From positions 1,282,647 to 1,336,797 of the forward strand of contig NC_068998.1 in NCBI RefSeq assembly GCF_001194135.2: a stretch of DNA of 54,151 nt. Direction: 5' to 3'. How positions within the stretch are numbered: the stretch's first letter is position 1; each line of letters begins with the position of its first letter. Shown in pieces: positions 23,530 to 37,020 of the stretch. The notes under the pieces are model-generated. The model saw nothing but the letters and a program-made list of their open reading frames with translations, searched no databases and was not told where the DNA came from. Source of the DNA: Octopus bimaculoides (Eukaryota). The position numbers and the translations under genes were made by a program.

Positions 23530-23611
<82 letters not shown>

Positions 23612-24292
23612 CTTCGTGAGACAGATCTCTCCCTGCTCAATATCTATGGCAAAAAGACTGTGTGACGGACCCATCTGAAAGGCTTGAAGAATCCAAACTG
23701 ACCAGGCTCTCAAATGCCGCTGAGATCGACTTTCCCCATATTTATATGCGTATATCTGTGTGTATTTATGTCTGAATTAATGTGTATGTTTATATTTGTG
23801 TATGTAAGTATCTATATCTTTATAAGTATACATGCATGAATATATATAAGGATATAAGGATATATGCATGTGTATATGTAGACATACATATGTATGTTTG
23901 CATGTAGGTATATGAGAGTGTCTTTGAATCTGTATAGTGAATTATGGAGATGTGTATATATGTATGTGCGCATGAAAGTGTATGTATGTATGTATGTATG
24001 TATGTATGTATGTATGTATGTATGTATGTATGTGTGTGTGTGTGTACACGAGCTTAAATAAATCACCTGAGAAAGCTAACATTTTAAATGTCAGTTATGT
24101 TGATGTTACTGCTTTCTTCTGCACGTGAAACGCTGTCCGTGTAAATGCAAGTGTGTGTGTGTGTGTGTTCATCTGCGAATGAGTGAAAATGTATGCTTGT
24201 GTTACTGTGTGCATTTGTTGCTGTGTGACTTTGCATGTGGATGTATACATGTAAGGCTTCTCTCAACATACACACACACACATACATACATT

Positions 24293-24342
<50 letters not shown>

Positions 24343-24711
24343 AATATACATAGAGAGAGAGAGAAAGAGAGAGAAAGAGGGAGGGACATTCATGTGCGCA
24401 CGCGTGTGCGTGTGTGGTCTCTAATAGAGGAATAACTACGAAGTTACTTATACACACATCTAGTTATACGTACACATATATATACATATATATACATACA
24501 TACATATATGTGTGTATGTACGTTTATGTATATATATATATACAATTATATATGCATGTATGTATATCATTCTGTCGCTGTATATCCCCCTACAATCCCA
24601 GTTACACCTAGTCAAATACCTGTACAAAGACAACTAATCAGTCACACAACAACAAAGTCTTTTGCTAAATACCACAATTCTTCTCCTATTTAACTACAAT
24701 CTTACTCAACC

Positions 24712-24751
<40 letters not shown>

Positions 24752-24873
24752 CCNNNNNNNNNNNNNNNNNNNNNNNNNNNNNNNNNNNNNNNNNNNNNNN
24801 NNNNNNNNNNNNNNNNNNNNNNNNNNNNNNNNNNNNNNNNNNNNNNNNNNNNNNNNNNNNNNNNNNNNNNNNN

Positions 24874-24910
<37 letters not shown>

Positions 24911-25269
24911 CAGCTTCACATCCTCTTTCAATTTCTAGTTCTTTCATAATCTCTCTCCCACATATATTCTTCCTCTGTTTCTCCGTTCTCGCAGTGTGTG
25001 TGTGTATGTGTGTGTGTGTGTGTGTGAATGTGTGAGAGAGAGAGAGAAAGAGAGAGAGAGTGTGTGTGTGTTTGATTTGTGACGTGTGTTGTGCATGTCT
25101 GTGCGCGCTTGTAGGCATATTTTGTCTCTCAACCGATTTGTCTCATTGTCTTTCTTTCTCCCTCATAGAGTGTATGTATGTATATATATATGGACTCTTA
25201 GAGAGATAAACAAAGACAGTCATTGACACACACGTACATATACTCGCGCGCACACACTTCACATGCTCG

Positions 25270-25304
<35 letters not shown>

Positions 25305-25342
25305 GCACATGCATAAACACGCTCACGCACACATACATACTT

Positions 25343-25396
<54 letters not shown>

Positions 25397-25434
25397 TTGT
25401 CCTATCTGTATGTCATATAACTTTGTGTGTGCAG

Positions 25435-25534
25435 TGTCACTCAGTACAGGCAGAACCAGTGAACAAAATGAAAACACAATCCACAGCTAAGACAACAACG
25501 GCAGAAATAACAGAATCCAAAATACACCAAACAC
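25435..25534 (+). CDS. Candidate internal exon (Thr/Ser-rich)
   Basis: tgtgcag|TGT acceptor and AC|GTAACT donor; phase 0 to 1; reads CHSVQAEPVNKMKTQSTAKTTTAEITESKIHQT; no homology recognised. Confidence 0.2.
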
Positions 25535-25760
25535 GTAACTTCAGCGACGCTTGATGGCAGCTTTACGGATTCAAGACATGTTATACACATTATACGTACT
25601 ACAACATACACTTTATATACACTGTACTTATATACTTGCTGTATACTTTTTAGAAATATATACACATTTGTAGCGAGAAACATCATGCATGATATATAAA
25701 GGGTATACCAATTTGGTCGTGCCGTACACAGCATGGAGGAAGTCCGTCGTACGAGATGTA

Positions 25761-25807
<47 letters not shown>

Positions 25808-27262
25808 TGTGCGTGTGTGTGTGTCTGTATACGTATGTGTTGTGTGTCTATGTGAATGTGTGTGCAAATATACATACATAGATATATAAAGTATATATAT
25901 ATATATAAAGTATATATATATATATATATANNNNNNNNNNNNNNNNNNNNNNNNNNNNNNNNNNNNNNNNNNNNNNNNNNNNNNNNNNNNNNNNNNNNNN
26001 NNNNNNNNNNNNNNNNNNNNNNNNNNNNNNNNNNNNNNNNNNNNNNNNNNNNNNNNNNNNNNNNNNNNNNNNNNNNNNNNNNNNNNNNNNNNNNNNNNNN
26101 NNNNNNNNNNNNNNNNNNNNNNNNNNNNNNNNNNNNNNNNNNNNNNNNNNNNNNNNNNNNNNNNNNNNNNNNNNNNNNNNNNNNNNNNNNNNNNNNNNNN
26201 NNNNNNNNNNNNNNNNNNNNNNTATACCCATATTTGTACATTATATATGATTCTGAATATTTTATATATGTATATATACGTGTATGTATGTATGTATGAG
26301 TTATGTATGTGCATGTCCATATATTCAGACATGTGTAAAAAGCAATATGGCAGCCGACTAATCGTATTTAATCCCAGTTGTCTCACGCGGTATATATATC
26401 TCTTTAGTTATATTTGACAGCCGACCACTTTAACCACGTCTTAAATATCCAGAACCGCACAGGAAAATATATATTTTAGTTAGTAACTCTTTTATTTCCC
26501 TTCCATTTGCCATTTTTACTCATGGCTAGAAATGTTTGTATTCCCAAAATTCCAGAATACATTATTAATTCTGAGCTAGCATATGAAATTTAATGGTTGC
26601 CTTTTAGGGTGATATGCTATTTCGTTTATCGATCTATCGAATTATTAAGAGAAAAATATATAAAGATCAGTCGTAGCCGATGACGAGAAAATCTCAGTGA
26701 ATAAATTTAAGATTCGGTGGGAAGAGATGTGGGTTTATGTTGAGTAACAAATAATCCAAAAGGGGGAAATAATGGCTAAAATATATGCCGTAAGGAAACG
26801 GGAGAGAAAAATACTGACATTTGCTGTTAATGATTTTTATTAAGGAAGACGGGAGAAAGAGAGTTCGGGGAATGATATTCGGGAGTCATGGCCGGAAGAG
26901 GGTAAGATGGTATGTAATAAGACAAAAGGGACAGAAAGCCTTTCGATTGGCCCGTGTGACAGTGGTACCAATTGACAATAAAGTTTCAGAAGTTCTAGGT
27001 AGATGTGTCCAGTTTTTTAGGCTTTCTCCGACTCTTTGCGGGTGACATTGGACAGGAAATGGTGAATGAAATTCAAGACGAAGGTTTTTACTTCACTCAT
27101 GAGGGAACTCTCATACGCTGACTGGTCATTTCTTTACTTTTTGTTCCTATTTAGAGTATTTCTTGCCTTGGTTTATAAGGCTGGGGTTACTAGTCAGGCA
27201 TGTCGTGGCTTAGTTGGCCGAAACTCCGAGGTCACTGTCAACAACATTCTTCTTTAAGAATA

Positions 27263-27335
<73 letters not shown>

Positions 27336-27780
27336 GACGCACACATACATATATATTTACACACGATATATANNNNNNNNNNNNNNNNNNNNNNNNNNNN
27401 NNNNNNNNNNNNNNNNNNNNNNNNNNNNNNNNNNNNNNNNNNNNNNNNNNNNNNNNNNNNNNNNNNNNNNNNNNNNNNNNNNNNNNNNNNNNNNNNNNNN
27501 NNNNNNNNNNNNNNNNNNNNNNNNNNNNNNNNNNNNNNNNNNNNNNNNNTATATATATATATATGAATCTTTAAGCATGAAATTATGATGTAAGTTTGAT
27601 AAGATATATATCTACACATATAGACACAATGCACACACATATACAAACACACACACAAATGGCAATCTAAAGCTTCCTCCGACTCTGGGTGGTATATGCG
27701 TGGTACGTGTGTGTGGTCGAACAACATGAACGAACAGAGGAGAAAAAAAGTGAGCTGAGTAGAGGTCGCCTGTGTTTCAG

Positions 27781-27947
27781 ATATTGCTGTCAACTCCGAG
27801 ATCAGCTCAAAGCCACCGGAACGTCAACTTGAATCACGTGAAACTGTAAAACTGTTGATCATGGCTGCCTTTACCGCCGCCATCTTTGTCGTTTGCAGTA
27901 TTGACACTCTCGGAACACACAAGAAGAATTACTTCTTTGCTACGTAG
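27781..27947 (+). CDS. Candidate terminal exon encoding a hydrophobic (TM-like) segment
   Basis: tgtgtttcag|AT acceptor, phase 1; reads IAVNSEISSKPPERQLESRETVKLLIMAAFTAAIFVVCSIDTLGTHKKNYFFAT*; non-repetitive, GC-elevated island; not in the ORF track because it lacks an upstream start. Confidence 0.35.
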
Positions 27948-28013
27948 CTAGATATTTACATCTAACAACTATACAAGACTTCTTACCATCGCCTCTCATT
28001 CCTTTTACTTCAA

Positions 28014-28044
<31 letters not shown>

Positions 28045-29060
28045 CTCTATCTCTCACACTCTTTACTAATCTTTCTTTGGTTTTGTTAATTATTTCAGTT
28101 ATTATTATTATTATCATTATTATTATTATTATTATTAAATTTATTTATTGAGTCTGTTATTTTTCTAACTTTTATTTATTTTCGTTTTCAGCTTCTTTCT
28201 TCTCTATTTCTTCGTCTTCTAATCTTTCTTTCTTTCTCCTGTTGGTAAAAAGCGGACATGTTTTTACATGGCGTGTGGAAGATCTCTGTACTGTCACTCA
28301 ATCTTACCGCCATACTCATTGAAAACACTTTCCTCATGTACTTCCCTTACTTACCTGCCCTTTGTGCCATTCTGTTGTGTTTTTTCTGCGCTATGTATGT
28401 TTACTTCGGGATGTGTGTGTGTATGTGTGTATACGTGTGTGTGTGTATTTATATATATATATATAGACAATCTACTTGCACATAAACATGTATGTATTTA
28501 TATATACATATGTATATATGTATGCATATACATATGTGTATATACATGCATGCACATATCTGCATACACACACACACACACACACAAATAAATATTCATA
28601 TATGCATACATACATGTTGGCTTTCATGTGTGTGTGTTTAATGCATTTGTGTGTGTATTTTGTAATGTTGCCTCTCATCCACTTCTACTTTCCATAGAGA
28701 CGGCAGTAGTGATAGTGTGCATGTTTTTGTATATTGCCCCCCCCACACACACACACACATACAAACACACACACACACACACATGTACGCATGCATACAC
28801 CAGCACACACATACATATACATACACACTTCGCCTTTATGCTATAAATGCATCATGATAGAGTCATATTTTTTGTGATTGCTGAACACACGCACTGTTAA
28901 AGAAACTGTTATTCTCTTCAAAAATTATGATATATCAATACTCTAGAGTCACAACTTCTACACTATTCCAATAAATAGGCGGCGATAGACAATTATGATA
29001 CGTTGTTATAATATCTATCTATCTGTTTGTTAATCTATTTATCTATCTATTCATCTATCC

Positions 29061-29094
<34 letters not shown>

Positions 29095-30162
29095 NNNNNN
29101 NNNNNNNNNNNNNNNNNNNNNNNNNNNNNNNNNNNNNNNNNNNNNNNNNNNNNNNNNNNNNNNNNNNNNNNNNNNNNNNNNNNNNNNNNNNNNNNNNNNN
29201 NNNNNNNNNNNNNNNNNNNNNNNNNNNNNNNNNNNNNNNNNNNNNNNNNNNNNNNNNNNNNNNNNNNNNNNNNNNNNNNNNNNNNNNNNNNNNNNNNNNN
29301 NNNNNNNNNNNNNNNNNNNNNNNNNNNNNNNNNNNNNNNNNNNNNNNNNNNNNNNNNNNNNNNNNNNNNNNNNNNNNNNNNNNNNNNNNNNNNNNNNNNN
29401 NNNNNNNNNNNNNNNNNNNNNNNNNNNNNNNNNNNNNNTATATATATATATATATATATCACGCGCCACACTGGAGGTTATCTCAACAAATTTGTTACAG
29501 GAAAAAGCTCGAACGAGTAATATCTTTCATAGCAATATAATATAATAGTTTCAATTACATCTTCGTACCTCTCTTTCTATTAATATATTAATATATATAT
29601 ATATAAACATATATGTGTGTATGCACAGACACACACACAGGAATGTCAATCTATCGATCTATTTATTTATCTATATCTATTTAACCGTTTATGTATATCT
29701 GTCTATTTATTATTTATCTATCTATCTCTCTACATATCTATCTACATGTTTGTTTATTAATCAACCAGTTAATCTAACAATCTATCTATTCTGTGTGTGC
29801 ATGTGTGTGTGTACCGATATCCATTTGCCTATCGTTGTATCTTCATCCCTCTCACTATATGTTTGCTTAACAAGCTATCTAACCGCCATTTATTTCTATT
29901 CTGTCGATCCATATGTCCATCTATCGATTGCTCATTCCTTTTCGCTAGCTACCTATCTATTTTTGCATGTTTAACTCTAATTGCTGTATTCATGCTTAGC
30001 TCGCTTCCATTTTACTTTGTCTACTGACGATCATTTCCAGCCTAAATTGAAACTAATTCACGAAAATTTCACGCATTAGATTCCAGTATTTATTTTTTTT
30101 TCTTTTATGCATTAACACAAGCGTTCCACTCAGCTTGCCTCATCACCACACACACACACACA

Positions 30163-30201
<39 letters not shown>

Positions 30202-30284
30202 ACATACACACACATATTTATACCGATATCTATGCATTTTTATGTATACTAACGTATGTCGAGAAATATATCTATCATATCATT

Positions 30285-30327
<43 letters not shown>

Positions 30328-30496
30328 TGTAAGCATATGCACACAAACAAACGGAAATATATATACAAAACAAAAGAAACGATCAAAATAAGAATGCAAT
30401 TATAATAATTTAAATAATTTAATGGAGCGATAATAGCAGAAAGGAAGTTGAATAATCTCCCTTCATCAAATATATAAATTATCCGGGTACATATGC

Positions 30497-30557
<61 letters not shown>

Positions 30558-30565
30558 TATATATT

Positions 30566-30596
<31 letters not shown>

Positions 30597-31182
30597 ATAC
30601 ATATATAAGTATACACGAGCACACACACACATATATATATTTATTTACAGACATACACACATACATTGTTTTTCTAAAACATTGTCCTATTTATTTATTT
30701 ATTATGTTTGTTTCTTGGTGGAAAGTGTTTCACTGCACTCTTGTCAAATCTGAAAGGAAGCAACAACAACATCAACGACAGCAACAACAACGAACTGGTG
30801 TATTGCGTGACCGAAACCATTTTAAATAGTATAATTGTGGAAATTATGTGTCAGCAAATCATGGACGATTTTACGTTCTCTTTCCGGATGATGTTCGCAT
30901 TTATATTTATTTATTTATTTATTTATTTATTTTTCTTGAATTTGATTTTGATTTTGCAGAGATTAATGTCTGGATTTAAAACAAATACGTCATTGATTAT
31001 TCATTTGTTAAGAAATGGCGCATAAACCTCGTGTGTTTATGAAAGTGTATACACACACATACACACGAACACACACACTCACTGACGCACACACAGGCTC
31101 ATACACTCTCTCACTCACACACACACACACACTCTTAGACATAGACCGCACACACACACATATATATATATATATATACATT

Positions 31183-31239
<57 letters not shown>

Positions 31240-31850
31240 GTACATATATATATATANNNNNNNNNNNNNNNNNNNNNNNNNNNNNNNNNNNNNNNNNNNN
31301 NNNNNNNNNNNNNNNNNNNNNNNNNNNNNNNNNNNNNNNNNNNNNNNNNNNNNNNNNNNNNNNNNNNNNNNNNNNNNNNNNNNNNNNNNNNNNNNNNNNN
31401 NNNNNNNNNNNNNNNNNNNNNNNNNNNNNNNNNNNNNNNNNNNNNNNNNNNNNNNNNNNNNNNNNNNNNNNNNNNNNNNNNNNNNNNNNNNNNNNNNNNN
31501 NNNNNNNNNNNNNNNNNNNNNNNNNNNNNNNNNNNNNNNNNNNNNNNNNNNNNNNNNNNNNNNNNNNNNNNNNNNNNNNNNNNNNNNNNNNNNNNNNNNN
31601 NNNNNNNNNNNNNNNNNNNNNNNNNNNNNNNNNNNNNNNNNNATATATATATATAATGCACCTTGTCTTAAAATGTGTTCTAGATTTTGAATTTTGTAAC
31701 AAATTTATAAAAATTTCAAACCGGTTTCGACGATTTTTTGTTTTTCAAAGGTAAATAAAGAAAAGAAAAGTTTAGGGGTCACTGAAATTACAAGGGGAAA
31801 ATTCGGAGAAATATGCTGAAGAGGTCAAATATTCGTACAAATTCCAATAT

Positions 31851-32020
31851 CCAACGGTGATAGTGTGTTTACGTTCCCGTAACCTAGCAGTTAGGCAAAA
31901 GCGCCCAATAGAATAAGTACTAGGCTCCAATAAGATAATACGTCCTGGGTTTAATTCCTTCAGCTGAAAGTTCTTCAAAGCGTTGCCCCAGCATGGCCAC
32001 AATCTTTTACGAGTAAAAGA
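31851..32020 (+). mobile_element. SINE family B, 3' half
   Basis: gtgtgtttacgttcccgtaacctagcagttaggcaaaag...gaataagtactaggc...ccccagcatggccac. Confidence 0.85.
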
Positions 32021-32029
32021 CAATATATA

Positions 32030-32200
32030 TTCTTTTATTCTTTTATTTTTTCAGTTTTTTTCAGTTATTTGACTGTGGCCACGCTGGAGCAACACCTTTA
32101 ATCGAACAAATCGACCCCAGGACTTATTCTTTGTAAGCCTGATACTTCTATCGGTCTCTTTTGCCGAACCGCTAGTTTACGGGAACGTAAACACACCAAC
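32030..32200 (-). mobile_element. SINE family B, 3' half, inverted relative to the 31851-32020 copy
   Basis: 32177-32196 is the exact reverse complement of 31863-31882; tail (TTTTATTC)n. Confidence 0.88.
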
Positions 32201-32782
32201 ATATATATATGTACATACAGAGAGAGAAAGAGAGAGATATTATTTCGTGTGTGTGTGTGCGTGAACGTGAGTGTGTGGACGTTTATATATACGTCTCGAG
32301 ATATATTTATATACATGCATACATATGCGTATGTGTGTGTGTATGTATTTGTATGTATGTGTACGCCCCATAGACACTTAACACCCCACCCGCCACCCCA
32401 GCACCCGAATAATTACCATGTCGCTGTACTGTACTAAATACATTTAAATCTAATAACGCCAATGGAAACCAACTCAAATATCGTCTGTGTACATTAAAAA
32501 CCTATTTACGTTGGGTGGAGGTTTTCCTATTTACAGATTCACAATTATTATATTTGTTTATATTTATGTTTATAAATTGAAGTACACATTAATTATTACA
32601 CGGCATGCTTGCCCCCACCTCACACAGATATTTCCCCTCATTAATGTCACTAATGAGCAACGATAATTGATTAACATTTTTTTAAAATTCTATGGTTTCA
32701 TTAGCTTTACTGGTTTACTTTCTGCTGCAACCTCTTATTGCTGACTTTGAAATCTGGGGAATTATTGTATGTACCTATAGAC

Positions 32783-32815
<33 letters not shown>

Positions 32816-33945
32816 NNNNNNNNNNNNNNNNNNNNNNNNNNNNNNNNNNNNNNNNNNNNNNNNNNNNNNNNNNNNNNNNNNNNNNNNNNNNNNNNNNNNN
32901 NNNNNNNNNNNNNNNNNNNNNNNNNNNNNNNNNNNNNNNNNNNNNNNNNNNNNNNNNNNNNNNNNNNNNNNNNNNNNNNNNNNNNNNNNNNNNNNNNNNN
33001 NNNNNNNNNNNNNNNNNNNNNNNNNNNNNNNNNNNNNNNNNNNNNNNNNNNNNNNNNNNNNNNNNNNNNNNNNNNNNNNNNNNNNNNNNNNNNNNNNNNN
33101 NNNNNNNNNNNNNNNNNNNNNNNNNNNNNNNNNNNNNNNNNNNNNNNNNNNNNNNNNNNNNNNNNNNNNNNNNNNNNNNNNNNNNNNNNNNNNNNNNNNN
33201 NNNNNNNNATATATATGTATGTATGTATGTATGTATATACATGTACGAGGATATATTTACATATACATATATACAATACACACACAAACACGCACATTAA
33301 CACACATTTATATATATACCTATTTATATATATACCTATTTATATATATATACAAATATATTATTGACAGTGACTTCAACGTTTGTAAATATATGTACAC
33401 ACATGCTCATATGTAAATATGAATGTGTTTATATTTTTATATATACATGTGTGGATACACACACATACACTCATATAAATATATATGTATGTATATATAT
33501 GTGTGTGTTTGAGTAGAAAAATATTTGAGCGTAAGTTTGTGCGTGTGTGTATACGTGTGTGCGTGCATTCCATTAAATATATATAAACATCTGTTACACA
33601 CCATACAGACACATGTAAAAATATATACTCATATGCATATATACACACACAAACACACGCACAAAACCCATACATACATACATTAATTTTATTTATCTCT
33701 TCTAGTATTTTCATACATGAACGAAACTCCAAGCCCCCGAGGAATTGTAAACCGAAGCTAATAGATTTTCTCGTAGGGGAACTGTTTCGAATCCAAGTAT
33801 CAGAACAGCTGTTCTCCAGATGCCCACTACCATATGGGGAACAGAAGCAGTTCTATTAACAAAACTTAGGTTGAAGATATAGATTCGTACATAATACTTT
33901 TATCGCGTTCTCATCGCACTGAGCGGCCTGTCGTTGTTGCGTGCT

Positions 33946-34045
33946 ACACCGTGGAACACCGTGGAACACCGTGGTACTCCGGAGAATATCGAGGAACACC
34001 GGGGAACTCCGGAGAACTACGGGGCACTCCAGGGAACTTCAGTGA
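33946..34045 (+). repeat. 10-bp tandem repeat (ACACCGTGGA-like) x10, progressively diverging
   Basis: acaccgtgga x2, acaccgtggt, actccggaga, atatcgagga, acaccgggga, actccggaga, actacggggc, actccaggga, acttcagtga. Confidence 0.9.
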
Positions 34046-35052
34046 CTGCGTTCAGTGATTACCAGTTCCTCCATTAACCCATTATTATTAAAGTGTTAAC
34101 TCAGTAAGTTTACTGCAAAGTCGGTGTTTAGTTTCACGGGAGAAGGAGGAGGAGGAGGAGGAGGAGGNNNNNNNNNNNNNNNNNNNNNNNNNNNNNNNNN
34201 NNNNNNNNNNNNNNNNNNNNNNNNNNNNNNNNNNNNNNNNNNNNNNNNNNNNNNNNNNNNNNNNNNNNNNNNNNNNNNNNNNNNNNNNNNNNNNNNNNNN
34301 NNNNNNNNNNNNNNNNNNNNNNNNNNNNNNNNNNNNNNNNNNNNNNNNNNNNNNNNNNNNNNNNNNNNNNNNNNNNNNNNNNNNNNNNNNNNNNNNNNNN
34401 NNNNNNNNNNNNNNNNNNNNNNNNNNNNNNNNNNNNNNNNNNNNNNNNNNNNNNNNNNNNNNNNNNNNNNNNNNNNNNNNNNNNNNNNNNNNNNNNNNNN
34501 NNNNNNNNNNNNNNNNNNNNNNNNNNNNNNNNNNNNNNNNNNNNNNNNNNNNNNNNNNNNNNNNNNNNNNNNNNNNNNNNNNNNNNNNNNNNNNNNNNNN
34601 NNNNNNNNNNNNNNNNNNNNNNNNNNNNNNNNNNNNNNNNNNNNNNNNNNNNNNNNNNNNNNNNNNNNNNNNNNNNNNNNNNNNNNNNNNNNNNNNNNNN
34701 NNNNNNNNNNNNNNNNNNNNNNNNNNNNNNNNNNNNNNNNNNNNNNNNNNNNNNNNNNNNNNNNNNNNNNNNNNNNNNNNNNNNNNNNNNNNNNNNNNNN
34801 NNNNNNNNNNNNNNNNNNNNNNNNNNNNNNNNNNNNNNNNNNNNNNNNNNNNNNNNNNNNNNNNNNNNNNNNNNNNNNNNNNNNNNNNNNNNNNNNNNNN
34901 NNNNNNNNNNNNNNNNNNNNNNNNNNNNNNNNNNNNNNNNNNNNNNNNNNNNNNNNNNNNNNNNNNNNNNNNNNNNNNNNNNNNNNNNNNNNNNNNNNNN
35001 NNNNNNNNNNNNNNNNNNNNNNNNNNNNNNNNNNNNNNNNNNNNNNNNNNNN

Positions 35053-35117
<65 letters not shown>

Positions 35118-35120
<3 letters not shown>

Positions 35121-35665
35121 CATTGCATCCCACAGGATTTTGAAATTCTCATTTTCTGTGACTCCTTCTGGAGTTTTCTCATACCACGTCTTTGCTCTTT
35201 GTAGACCGTGATTTCTACAGATCTCCAAACGGATCATTCTTGCCCCATCGTCATGGTGTCTTTCGTATTCGCGTTGTGCCAATTTCGGGCATTTGCTAAC
35301 GATGTGCCATACGGTTTCACCCCTCTCACCACACATTCTGCATTCGTTGCTATCGGTAGTGTTGACTATTCTGCACTTCATATAATTGGTCCTTAATGCT
35401 TGCTCCTGAGCTGCGCGTATGAGTGCTTCTGTCTCTATTTTCAGGTCACTCCTCCTCATCCATAGCCACCGGTCCTCTCTGTATCTGTCTTGGCGTTCAC
35501 ATCTCTTGCAAACTCACCGTACATTTTCTTTTCCTTCCATGCTTTTTCTTTTCTTTTTTTGTTAATTTCTGGTTTAAATTTTTCTTTAGTTATACAATTT
35601 TCAGTTTTGATGACGCCGGCCTTCTTTGTGTGTTTCAACAATGGCTCCACGCCAATTTTGATATA
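35118..35665 (-). mobile_element. R4/Dong-type non-LTR retrotransposon fragment (second subfamily)
   Basis: EPLLKH...KAWKEKKMYGEFARDV.../MRRSDLKIETEALIRAAQEQALRTNYMKCRI...CRMCGERGETVWHIVSKCPKLAQREYERHHD...ENENFKILWDAMI; intact CCHC knuckle; breaks into (CA)n plus a gap. Confidence 0.92.
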
Positions 35666-35691
35666 TATATATTATATAAAAAAGTATATAC

Positions 35692-35693
<2 letters not shown>

Positions 35694-35754
<61 letters not shown>

Positions 35755-35756
35755 CA

Positions 35757-35819
<63 letters not shown>

Positions 35820-35830
35820 TATTATTATTT
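35694..35830. repeat. (ATT)n microsatellite abutting the 5'-truncated end of the R4 fragment
   Basis: Seen directly in the sequence. Confidence 0.95.
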
Positions 35831-36257
35831 CCTTTGTCTCCAACCTAAAACGACTAAAATATTAGTATTAATGGACGATAACCATTAATGAGAATTCTAT
35901 TAAATATGGATTCGAAGAATGGTTATACTTAACACTACATGTGTATGTGTGTTGCGAGTGTGTAACTGACGTATTGCCATATATGTAAGTGATTGCCTGA
36001 ATAATAATGTTTGTGTGTGTGTGTGTGTGTGTGTATGTGAGTATCTGTGTGTGTGTGGTGGTGGAGGGACATGTCTGTGTTTATTGCTGTGTACGGATGT
36101 GACAACTGGCGGAATATGTGTGTGTGTGTGTGTGTTTGTGTGTGTGTGCGTGTGTGTAGTGCAAAGACATCATTTATGGATGTTTTTACTTTTGTTCATG
36201 AAAAGTTAAAGTTTGTCGTCTACAGTAACAACAACAACAACGCTACCACTACCACCT

Positions 36258-36294
<37 letters not shown>

Positions 36295-36539
36295 CAGCAA
36301 CAACAAGATCAAAAGCAATATGGGGGTTTTATCTTTCATCCTGGCCGAAGTAGTACAATGTGTCTGTGTGTCCCCTGGCTGAGGGGCTGAGGACTACGGA
36401 CTGCGGACTGCCTTTATCAAGGGTGATGGATCACCTGATGTGATGTCGTCTGCTATTATAACACATTACTGTCACTACGCAGAACACCATCGTTTTGTTA
36501 GACTTTCCCTTCTTGGTGTCTTCCTTTTATATTAGGGAT

Positions 36540-36676
36540 CTTCTTCTTCTTCTTCTTCTTCTTTTTCTTCTTCTTCTTCTTCTTCTTCTTTTTCTTCTTC
36601 TTCTTCTTCTTCTTCTTCTTCTTCTTCTTCTTCTTCTTCTTCTTCTTCTTCTTCTTCTTCTTCTTCTTCTTCTTCT
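36540..36676. repeat. Long (CTT)n microsatellite with two TTT interruptions
   Basis: Seen directly in the sequence; source of the poly-R and poly-L pseudo-ORFs. Confidence 0.97.
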
Positions 36677-36911
36677 GCCCGTGACGCTTTTCAGGACCTC
36701 TGAGATTGGGTGAGGGATAGGAAGAAATTGTTCTCTAGGTGGAGATGTGGCCCGAATGCCTGCATCAGAGCGGATCTTGCTTCGCAATGCTCCACGGATT
36801 AAGTCAGCTATCCAAGAAGGTTGCGGTAGTATTCGAACTCAGAAGACAAATAACGTGGACAACCACTGCAAGGCATTAACAATTCCACGAAATAATTTCC
36901 CTTAATTGAGA

Positions 36912-37020
36912 GTTTATTGATCGCCTCATGAGGTTGAAATGCAAAGGTGACCTTGAGGAGGTTTGAACTCAGAACGCATGGAAATGAACGAACTTCGTCC
37001 ATTCTCTAATGACGCTTGCA
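36912..37020 (-). mobile_element. SINE family A, degraded
   Basis: gaaatgcaaaggtgaccttgaggaggtttgaactcagaacg resembles the reverse-complemented B box and body. Confidence 0.6.

Noticed and set aside
26640-27250. Possible third L1/Tx1 remnant (..ISVNKFKIRWEEMWVYVE*)
   Set aside because: Similarity is limited to a few residues and upstream frames do not align; unresolved unique or TE-derived sequence.
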